From contig DAIQMY010000001.1 of NCBI GenBank assembly GCA_036788695.1, forward strand, positions 150,792 to 214,791: a stretch of 64,000 bases of DNA, written 5' to 3'. The stretch comes from Candidatus Levyibacteriota bacterium (lineage in GTDB: Bacteria > Patescibacteriota > Microgenomatia > Levybacterales > GWA1-39-11). The notes under the pieces were generated by a model. That model had not been told where the DNA came from and ran no database searches. It was given only the letters and a program-made list of their open reading frames with translations. This document shows positions 56,772-64,000 of the stretch, one piece after another. The translations under genes and the position numbers were made by a program. The number at the start of each line of letters is the position of its first letter. Within the stretch, counting starts at the first letter, position 1.

Positions 56772-57322
56772 AGTGAAATATCTGTTTGTTGTAAAGTAGT
56801 AACGAGTTTAAATCTAATCCCTTGATCAAGGCTCGTTAGTTCCTCGATAGATATGGAAACAACAGATGGATTTTTCTTTAACTTATCAATAAGTGTATTA
56901 AGCGTAAATATGGAGTAAGTCTGACCATCAATTGCAATACTGGTATCAGAAACATTTAAATTGCTTGTTAAAAATTCAGAGGTATTAAGATAGCTTACTA
57001 ATTCGCTTAGAAAAACCACTTTTTTTTGAGTATCGTTCTCAATTGTTTTAATTGTAGATAGCCTATTCTGAAGATTTCTATATTTTTTTTCGTTTACTGC
57101 TTGGGCTTCGATAAAAATTTGAGATTTTCGTATTTGGTCATTAAGGTCAACTATCTGTCGGTCAATAATAAATCTATAGCCTAGTGCGGCAAGCGTTAAA
57201 AGTTCAACCCCCACAATAATTACTCTCCCAGTATTTATTGTCCACTTGATGAATAGGCTAGAAGTTGATTCTGTATCTTTTCTGCCAAGGTTAATAGATA
57301 GGCGCTGTGCGTCATTTTGCAT
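56768..57322 (-). CDS. PilN-like type IV pilus assembly protein candidate
   Basis: N-terminal RLSINLGRK (like the PilN INLLP motif), one TM (VIIVGVELLTLAALGYRFII) and a periplasmic coiled coil. Confidence 0.45.
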   Translation of the reverse strand: MQNDAQRLSINLGRKDTESTSSLFIKWTINTGRVIIVGVELLTLAALGYRFIIDRQIVDLNDQIRKSQIFIEAQAVNEKKYRNLQNRLSTIKTIENDTQKKVVFLSELVSYLNTSEFLTSNLNVSDTSIAIDGQTYSIFTLNTLIDKLKKNPSVVSISIEELTSLDQGIRFKLVTTLQQTDISL

Positions 57323-57384
57323 GATTTAAGTGTAATGCGTTTTCGTGTGTTTGTCAAAGAAAAAAAGATGGGGTTTTGGTAAAA

Positions 57385-57705
57385 TTACTTACTTTTTTTT
57401 GAGGGTGCTTTTTTAACTGCGGGTTTTGCTTTCTTTGCTACAGATACTTTTTTTGCCTTTATATCTGCCCCTACAGCTTTTTTCGTAACGAGTGCTGACT
57501 TAATTCTTGATCCTTTATTTTTGTGAATCAAATGTTTTTTAACAGCCTTATCGATTACTGAGAAGGCACTGGAGATATCTTTATCGCTTTTAGATTTCTT
57601 CGCGGCTCGAACAACTGTTTCAAGCTTATTGCGGAAGAGTTCATTTTCAATAGCGACCTTTTTATCTCTTCGTAGTTTTTTTATTGCTGATTTAATAACT
57701 GGCAT
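57385..57705 (-). CDS. rpsT: 30S ribosomal protein S20 with a Lys/Ala-rich C-terminal extension
   Basis: MPVIKSAIKKLRRDKKVAIEN...KHLIHKNKGSRIKSAL matches S20. The probable start is the ATG at 57705 (the track ORF begins at a TTG at 57753). Confidence 0.8.
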   Translation of the reverse strand: MPVIKSAIKKLRRDKKVAIENELFRNKLETVVRAAKKSKSDKDISSAFSVIDKAVKKHLIHKNKGSRIKSALVTKKAVGADIKAKKVSVAKKAKPAVKKAPSKKSK

Positions 57706-57876
57706 AATAAATAATAGTTCTTTAGAAAACCTTGTTTTCCTAAAGACAGACAATATTGTACCATGCTATACTTGAAAAATAAAGCCCAGGGTAGAATTTT
57801 TTAGTATTGCCACAAGATGTAGGAAATAGTGATTTTGCAGTTGTAGTGTTATTTTTAAAGTTATTAAGATAGAAAA

Positions 57877-59520
57877 ATGAAAGAAATCTTCCAAAAAAGC
57901 ATAAATGCGCTTATTTCAAAACAAACAAACATTTTTTCCGCTGCTCTTTTTATTATTCTAACTACAGTAATATCTCAGTTATTAGGACTTTTTAAATATA
58001 GAATACTCGTTTCCTTATTTGGTGCATCAACAGAGCTTGGTGTTTTTTTCGCAGCCTTTAGAGTACCAGATTTTATTTTTCAGGTTGCTATAGCGGGTGC
58101 ATTATCAACGGCATTTATACCAGTATTTACTGAATATGTGGTACATGGAAAGAGAAGGGAAGCAGATTCTTTTACTTCATCACTTCTTACCATTGGTGTA
58201 ATTTTTTATGTTCTGGTAAGTATTATTGTTATTTTATTCTCTTATCAACTCGCGGAGTTAGTTGCTCCAGGTTTTTCCCCTCATGAGCTGAGATTGATGG
58301 CCCAGTTTATGATTATTATTCAACTTGCTCAAATGTTTTTTATTTTGGGTACAGTTGCAACAGCCGTCCTTCAGTCTTTGCAGCATTTTTTGATTCCTGG
58401 GATAGCAACAGCCGCATATAACTTGGGAATAATTTTAGGGCTTGTTGTTTTTGTCCCCTTTATAGGTTTCTATTCGGCAACTGTAGGTGTAGTTATAGGT
58501 TCTGTTTTATTTTTTATTGTGCAGCTTCCTCTTCTTATCCATTCAGGGTTTGTATATAAACCAACTATAGATTTAAAGAACGGTACGTTAAAAGTCATTC
58601 ATCTTATGGTTCCCAGATCAGCTACATTGATTGTAACGCAGCTTGCGATAACTGGTAACGTTTTTTTTGCGTCTTTTTTAGGGGCAAGAAGTTTAGTTGT
58701 TTTTGACCTAGCTCAAACGCTTGTTATGGCACCGGTGTTATTATTCGGTCAGTCTATCGCACAAGCATCATTCCCTGCTTTATCTCAGAAAAAAAATGAT
58801 AAAAAAACATTTGATTCAATTTTTATCTCCTCATTTAATCAGATATTATATTTAACGCTTCCATTGTCTGTATTATTTATTGTTTTAAGAATTCCACTCA
58901 TTCGACTTTTTTTTGGTGCTTCTCGATTTGACTGGACTGCTACAGTAGACACAGGAAGAACTCTTGCGTATTTTTCCGTATCTATCGCAGCTCAATCTCT
59001 GATATATCTATTGGCTAGGGGATTTTATGCTCATAAAGACACGAAAACTCCCTTTTTTGTGACTATTTTTGCAGTCTGTATAAATATCAGCATTTCATAC
59101 GTTTTTGTTCTTATTTATCACCTTCCCATATTTTTTCTTGCGCTAGCGTTCTCGATCTCAAATATACTTGCCTGCATTATCCTTTTTTTACTTTTAGACA
59201 AAAAAATACATTTACCAAAAAGAAGTATTATCATAACAAGCACAAAAATTCTTTTTGCAACCTTAATTATGGGAATTGCCTTGTATATTCCCATAAAATT
59301 GCTTGATCAGTTGGTTTTTGATACCACAAAAACAATAAATCTGATTCTTTTAACGGGTATTGCGTCTTCTGCCGGGTTAATTACATATATACTCTTTACA
59401 TGGCTGTTTAATATCCAAGAAGCAAGGTATGTGGTAGAAGTCGTAAAGAAATTTAAAAATGGGAAAAAATTATTACAAGACATGGGGGAATTAATAAACG
59501 GTCCAAAGCCTACGTTGTAG
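57877..59520 (+). CDS. murJ: Lipid II flippase MurJ (MviN family)
   Basis: More than 12 TM helices. N-terminal region LGASTELGVFFAAFRVPDFIFQVAIAGALSTAFIPVFTEY is characteristic of MurJ. Confidence 0.8.
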   Translation: MKEIFQKSINALISKQTNIFSAALFIILTTVISQLLGLFKYRILVSLFGASTELGVFFAAFRVPDFIFQVAIAGALSTAFIPVFTEYVVHGKRREADSFTSSLLTIGVIFYVLVSIIVILFSYQLAELVAPGFSPHELRLMAQFMIIIQLAQMFFILGTVATAVLQSLQHFLIPGIATAAYNLGIILGLVVFVPFIGFYSATVGVVIGSVLFFIVQLPLLIHSGFVYKPTIDLKNGTLKVIHLMVPRSATLIVTQLAITGNVFFASFLGARSLVVFDLAQTLVMAPVLLFGQSIAQASFPALSQKKNDKKTFDSIFISSFNQILYLTLPLSVLFIVLRIPLIRLFFGASRFDWTATVDTGRTLAYFSVSIAAQSLIYLLARGFYAHKDTKTPFFVTIFAVCINISISYVFVLIYHLPIFFLALAFSISNILACIILFLLLDKKIHLPKRSIIITSTKILFATLIMGIALYIPIKLLDQLVFDTTKTINLILLTGIASSAGLITYILFTWLFNIQEARYVVEVVKKFKNGKKLLQDMGELINGPKPTL

Positions 59521-59600
59521 ATATGAGTATTTTTTTAAATTAATGCTAATCTGTTTTATAAGTCACAAAATATATCCTCTTTTTTTCTTTATTAAAAATA

Positions 59601-61028
59601 ATGGAAGATAGACTACGTCATAAATGTGGAGTATTTGGTGTATTTGGTAAAGGACTTGACGTATCAAAAATAACATATTTCGGTTTATACGCATTGCAAC
59701 ATAGAGGTCAAGAGAGTTCCGGAATTGCAGTATCAAATGGTAAAAAAATTTCATCCCACAAGGGCGCAGGTCTAGTTGCCCAAATATACACAGAACAGAT
59801 ATTAAAAAAATTAAAAGGAAATATTGCAATTGGTCATAATAGGTATTCCACATCCGGTGGAGCTCATGGCGCGCATACGCAGCCTGTTTGTGTGAAAGGG
59901 GATAAGATGGCACTTGCACACAATGGAAATCTTCCAGTATTGGAAAAGTTAGAAAATTTTTTGACCGCAAAGGGGTTAAAAACTCAAGGGCATAATGATT
60001 CAGAGCTTATGCATATGGCAATTTCTTATTATCTTAAAAAAGGTGAAAGCATTGAGAATGCCGTACGTCTGTCATTCCCATTATTTACTGGATCATTTTG
60101 TTTATTAATAATGACAAAGGATAAATTAGTTGCAGTGAGAGATGCTTTTGGAATCCGTCCATTATCTTTAGGTAAAACGAAAGAAGGGTATATTGTATCT
60201 TCTGAAACATGTGCAATTGACACGGTATCCGCAGAATATCTGCGAGACGTGAATCCCGGAGAGATGGTTGTCATTTCTCAAAATGGTCTTCGTTCATACA
60301 AGCTTGAAAACGCATCGCAAAAACTTGATATTTTTGAACTTGTGTATTTTGCAAGACCAGACAGCATACTATTGGGTAAGCGCGTACACAACATAAGAAG
60401 AAGATTGGGGCAAGAATTGGCTCGTGAGGTAAAGATTGATGCTGACGTTGTCATTCCTGTACCTGATTCCGCTATTCCTGCTGCTATTGGATACGCGGCT
60501 GCATCAGGTATTCCTTTTGATTTTGGGCTCGTTAAAAATAGATACATTGGAAGAACATTTATATTGCCTGAACAAAGACTTCGGGAGAATAGTGTTCAAA
60601 TGAAATTGAATCCCATTCACGATATTATTGACGGAAAGAAGGTGATAGTTATTGACGATTCAATTGTGAGAGGCACAACCTTAAGAAAACTAGTTGAACT
60701 CCTGAAAAAAACAGGAGCAAAGGAAGTGCATGTGCTAAGCAGTTCACCTCCTGTGGTTTATCCGGACTTCTATGGTATTGACACTCCTGATCAGAAAGAA
60801 TTAATTGCATTTCATAAGACAATACAGCAAATACAAGAATATATTGGTGCTGATTCTCTACACTATTTATCATATGATGGGCTGATTAAGGCGACTGACC
60901 TTTCTGAAGATTTGTTTTGCATGTCTTGTTTTACCGGGGAATACCCAATTGATATAGGAGAAAACTACAAATCTATTGGTGTACCAAAGGCAAGAGGTAA
61001 AGGAGTAAGAATAAAAACAAAAGATTAG
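59601..61028 (+). CDS. purF: Amidophosphoribosyltransferase (PurF) with an N-terminal propeptide
   Basis: Propeptide followed by CGVFGVFG (N-terminal nucleophile Cys), plus PRTase motif VIVIDDSIVRGTT. Confidence 0.9.
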   Translation: MEDRLRHKCGVFGVFGKGLDVSKITYFGLYALQHRGQESSGIAVSNGKKISSHKGAGLVAQIYTEQILKKLKGNIAIGHNRYSTSGGAHGAHTQPVCVKGDKMALAHNGNLPVLEKLENFLTAKGLKTQGHNDSELMHMAISYYLKKGESIENAVRLSFPLFTGSFCLLIMTKDKLVAVRDAFGIRPLSLGKTKEGYIVSSETCAIDTVSAEYLRDVNPGEMVVISQNGLRSYKLENASQKLDIFELVYFARPDSILLGKRVHNIRRRLGQELAREVKIDADVVIPVPDSAIPAAIGYAAASGIPFDFGLVKNRYIGRTFILPEQRLRENSVQMKLNPIHDIIDGKKVIVIDDSIVRGTTLRKLVELLKKTGAKEVHVLSSSPPVVYPDFYGIDTPDQKELIAFHKTIQQIQEYIGADSLHYLSYDGLIKATDLSEDLFCMSCFTGEYPIDIGENYKSIGVPKARGKGVRIKTKD

Positions 61029-61034
61029 TCTTAT

Positions 61035-61634
61035 ATGAAAAAACTTGTAGTTCTCATCTCTGACACTGGAAAAGGAAGTAACATGCGCTCATTGATTGAT
61101 GCATGCATGAGTGGCTTATTACGCGCGGAGATAGTACAAGTAATTTCTGACACAGAAAATGCAAAAGGACTTGCGTATGTTAGGGAAAATAATATTCCGT
61201 ATAGTATAGTCCCAAATAAAAATGATTTATTGAGTAAGCTACAAGTGTATACACCTGATTTTATTTGTCTATCTGGATGGAAGCAGTTTATTGTTGGGGA
61301 AGTAATTGATGAATTTCAGGGTAAAATTACAAATTTACATCCTGGAATTATTCCAGAAACTATAAACGGTGAATATGAAAATCCTGACGGAACAAAAGCG
61401 TTATGGAATAGAGGAAAACTTACTGGGGCTGCAATTCAGAATGTTTTGAATTCTCACGCAACATATGCAGGTTCGTCAATTCACATCTTAACGCATGAGT
61501 TTGATTTTGGACCGGTTCTTGGCAGGTGTTTTGAGAAAGTCATACCTCAGGATACGGTAGAGTCTTTATATACAAGGCTAAAAACAAAAGAAAACAAATT
61601 ATACCAGGAGGTAATGATTCAACTATGTCACTAA
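61035..61634 (+). CDS. purN: Phosphoribosylglycinamide formyltransferase (PurN-like)
   Basis: LISDTGKGSNMRSLIDAC, NLHPGIIPE and HILTHEFDFGPVL correspond to the PurN blocks (SGxGSNL, NIHPSLLP, HxVxExxDxGxII). Confidence 0.65.
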   Translation: MKKLVVLISDTGKGSNMRSLIDACMSGLLRAEIVQVISDTENAKGLAYVRENNIPYSIVPNKNDLLSKLQVYTPDFICLSGWKQFIVGEVIDEFQGKITNLHPGIIPETINGEYENPDGTKALWNRGKLTGAAIQNVLNSHATYAGSSIHILTHEFDFGPVLGRCFEKVIPQDTVESLYTRLKTKENKLYQEVMIQLCH

Positions 61635-62947
61635 AAAACATTCTTATATTGGGATCCGGTGGACGTGAACATGCGCTTGCTGATGCATATTCTAAAGATA
61701 AAAAAGTAAAAATGGTATATGTCGCGCCTGGGAACCAATTTATGAGTTTTAAAAATAAAAAAATAATTCCGCTCTTGCATGTTCCGGCAACTAATTTTAA
61801 AGAAATATATAACGCGTGTAAGAACTATAAAATTAATCTTGTAGATGTTGCCCAAGATGAACCTATATCTCTTGGCTTTATTGATCTTCTCAAGAAAGAA
61901 GGAATACCTTGTTTTGGCCCATCACAAGCAGCTTCAGAAATTGAATGGAACAAAGAATGGTCGCGTTCGTTTATGAAAAAGTACAACCTTCCGATTCCTC
62001 AGTTTTCAATTTTTACGAATGAAAAGAAAGCAATAGAATATATTACTCACAAAAAAGATCAACCTCTTTACATAAAAGCGTCTGGTTTGGCTCAGGGAAA
62101 GGGAGCTATATTTGCAGTCAATAAAAAAGAGGCAATTCAGGCTGTTTTGAAAATGAAGGAGTTTGGTTTAGCGGGTGCCACTTTTTTAGTAGAGGAATGT
62201 ATGGTGGGGGAGGAGTTTTCATTATTTGTAATTTGCGATGGTGAAGATTACAAAATAATAGGTGCAGCCCAGGATCACAAGACGGTATTCAATAAAGGCT
62301 TGGGGAAGAACACTGGAGGCATGGGATGTGTTTTCCCCTCTACTCTAGTTGATAAAAAAATAATCCTTGAGACAGAAAAGAAGATTATAACCCCTTTTTT
62401 AAAAGGAATGGTTCAGGAAGAAAGAAGATATTCAGGCATACTATATGTTGGTTGTATGATTACAGAAAAAGGAGTTAAAGTTGTAGAATTTAATTCGCGT
62501 TGGGGAGATCCTGAAGCAGAGGTTATTCTTCCCGCAATAAGAACTGACTATCTGAAAATTGTTGAAAGTGTACTTCGGGGGGAATTAAAACAGCTCTCAG
62601 TTGTACTTGATAAAAATACGAGGGTGAGTGTTGCCGGATGCGCACATGGGTATCCTGAAAATTACAGTAAGACACGGGGGAAGAAGATATTTGGACTTGA
62701 AGAGAAAATACCTGGAATAAAAATATTTGGATCAGGAATAGACAAAAAGGGAGATGAGTTTATTGTATCAGGAGGTAGAATATTTCATGTAATGGGTGTT
62801 GGGAAAAATATTACTGAGGCAAGAAAAAGAGCATACGGAGCAATAGCGGGCATGTATGTAGAGGATAATAATTTACATTACAGAACAGATATTGGTTTTA
62901 AGGACATCGAAAGAGAAATTAAAAATAGAGAAAAAATGAGAATTTAA
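61625..62947 (+). CDS. purD: Phosphoribosylamine-glycine ligase (PurD)
   Basis: ILILGSGGREHALA at the N-terminus and an ATP-grasp core. Confidence 0.9.
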   Translation: MSLKNILILGSGGREHALADAYSKDKKVKMVYVAPGNQFMSFKNKKIIPLLHVPATNFKEIYNACKNYKINLVDVAQDEPISLGFIDLLKKEGIPCFGPSQAASEIEWNKEWSRSFMKKYNLPIPQFSIFTNEKKAIEYITHKKDQPLYIKASGLAQGKGAIFAVNKKEAIQAVLKMKEFGLAGATFLVEECMVGEEFSLFVICDGEDYKIIGAAQDHKTVFNKGLGKNTGGMGCVFPSTLVDKKIILETEKKIITPFLKGMVQEERRYSGILYVGCMITEKGVKVVEFNSRWGDPEAEVILPAIRTDYLKIVESVLRGELKQLSVVLDKNTRVSVAGCAHGYPENYSKTRGKKIFGLEEKIPGIKIFGSGIDKKGDEFIVSGGRIFHVMGVGKNITEARKRAYGAIAGMYVEDNNLHYRTDIGFKDIEREIKNREKMRI

Positions 62948-62979
62948 ATCTCCTGTTATCTTCTTGGATGCGTGCTTCA

Positions 62980-62988
62980 TGGTATAAT
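62980..62988 (+). promoter_or_regulatory. Extended -10 promoter element TGGTATAAT, 6 nt upstream of the lepA ATG (leaderless-type transcript possible)
   Basis: TGgTATAAT at 62980-62988; ATG at 62995. The identical TGGTATAAT also occurs at 34520. Confidence 0.3.
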
Positions 62989-62994
62989 CTTTGG

Positions 62995-64000
62995 ATGAAT
63001 CAAAGAAACATTCGAAATTTTGCGATAATTGCGCATGTGGATCATGGAAAATCTACGTTAGCTGACAGGCTTCTTGTATTGACAGGCACGATTAGAAAAG
63101 AAGAAATCGGAGAGCAGTTTTTAGACTCAAGCCCAATCTCAAGAGAACGGGGGATAACAATTAAGCTTGCACCAGTACGCATGAATTACAATTTGGATGG
63201 TGAAGATTATATTTTAGATCTAATAGATACCCCTGGACATGTTGACTTTTCTTATGAGGTAGTGAGGACACTATATGCGTGTGAGGGTGCAGTGTTGTTA
63301 GTAGATGCTACAAAAGGAATTCAAGCCCAAACCGTGGCAAATTATAACTACGCCAAAAAAATTGGGCTGAAAGTAATACCTGTTATTAATAAAATTGATC
63401 TCCCCATGGCAAGAGTCGATGAAGTGGAGAAGCATATGATAGATTCTTTAGGCTTTGAGAAATCTGAAATTCTTTACATATCTGCTAAAACTGGTGAAGG
63501 GGTTGAAGACTTATTAAGAGTAATTATAGAAAGAGTTCCTTCTCCATCTGGATCATCTGATGTGCCAACTCAAGCATATATTTTTGACTCAATATATGAT
63601 GAGCACCGCGGTATCGTTATCTTTGTACGAATTGAAAATGGGATTATAAAAAAGGGTGATGAAATCGTTTTTTTATCAGACAATTCACGCGCGCAGGTTA
63701 TGGATATAGGTTTTATGAGACCAACCTTTAATTCAAGCATAGAAATTGCAAACGGTGAGGTGGGTTATGTAATTACGAATGTGAAAGATATAACTCAGGC
63801 TAAGGTTGGGGATACCATGACTACTGTTAAAAACCCAGGAGAAGCTCTTCCCGGATTTTTACCTTTGAAGCCATTTGTTTATTTATCCATCTATCCATCT
63901 AGCAACAGTGAGTTTCAAGCTTTACGAAAAGCAATTTACAAATTAAAGTTAAACGATGCAGCACTTACTATTTCCCCTGAACACTCAACGATTTTTGGAC
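62995..64000 (+). CDS. lepA: Elongation factor 4 (LepA), N-terminal part; continues beyond the window
   Basis: MNQRNIRNFAIIAHVDHGKSTLADRLL (G1 motif) and DTPGHVDF (G3). No stop before the window end. Confidence 0.85.
   Translation, partial: MNQRNIRNFAIIAHVDHGKSTLADRLLVLTGTIRKEEIGEQFLDSSPISRERGITIKLAPVRMNYNLDGEDYILDLIDTPGHVDFSYEVVRTLYACEGAVLLVDATKGIQAQTVANYNYAKKIGLKVIPVINKIDLPMARVDEVEKHMIDSLGFEKSEILYISAKTGEGVEDLLRVIIERVPSPSGSSDVPTQAYIFDSIYDEHRGIVIFVRIENGIIKKGDEIVFLSDNSRAQVMDIGFMRPTFNSSIEIANGEVGYVITNVKDITQAKVGDTMTTVKNPGEALPGFLPLKPFVYLSIYPSSNSEFQALRKAIYKLKLNDAALTISPEHSTIFG

Noticed and set aside
59521-59600. Purine riboswitch upstream of purF
   Set aside because: The 80-nt leader is AT-rich without the conserved junction motifs of the purine aptamer.
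1-64000. CRISPR arrays, rRNA genes and IS elements
   Set aside because: No regularly spaced direct repeats, no rRNA-like conserved stretches, and no transposase-like ORFs were seen anywhere in the window.

Overview
The window is a 64 kb chromosomal segment from a small-genome, Gram-positive-type bacterium with moderate GC content. Several traits are consistent with a Patescibacteria/CPR-like lineage, but taxonomy cannot be settled from sequence alone. These traits are tandem T4SS_pilin-type small proteins, a DUF5667-like secreted protein, many divergent hypothetical proteins and unusual tRNAs.

The first ~18 kb is a type IV secretion (T4SS)-like island. It holds a partial VirB1-like membrane-anchored lysozyme/transglycosylase fusion, a VirB4 ATPase split into two genes, and a VirB3/PrgI-like protein. 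It also holds four tandem T4SS-pilin paralogs, a polytopic VirB6-like membrane protein, a P-loop plus winged-helix regulator, and two very large coiled-coil tail-anchored proteins. The fourth pilin has no start codon. Its reading frame runs for about 170 codons into the 3' end of an upstream secreted Cys-rich protein gene. A -1 shift at an A8 tract would fuse the two, by programmed frameshifting, homopolymer phase variation or an assembly indel. This is the most striking feature in the window.

A VirD4/TraG-like coupling-protein ATPase (31206-33638) lies 13 kb away, in an operon with a tRNA-Ile(UAU) gene and a SpoIID-like hydrolase. Housekeeping content includes nrdR and nrdJ, with a putative cobalamin riboswitch upstream of a PduO-type adenosyltransferase and two uncharacterised zinc-ribbon proteins. 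It also includes a NUDIX hydrolase, comF, smpB plus tmRNA, three tRNA-Ser-type genes (one with an apparent ACU anticodon), and nickel SOD sodN with its maturation peptidase sodX. Further along are an ATP-cone/Mrr-like endonuclease, femAB, pcrA/uvrD, tpiA and an LCP protein. A pilN/pilO-like operon continues into a surface-glycosylation module (two GT-C glycosyltransferases, a DUF2298 membrane protein, an FAD oxidoreductase and an LPPTG-motif surface protein). The window ends with rpsT, murJ, purF, purN, purD and a partial lepA. No CRISPR array, rRNA, integrase or transposase was found.
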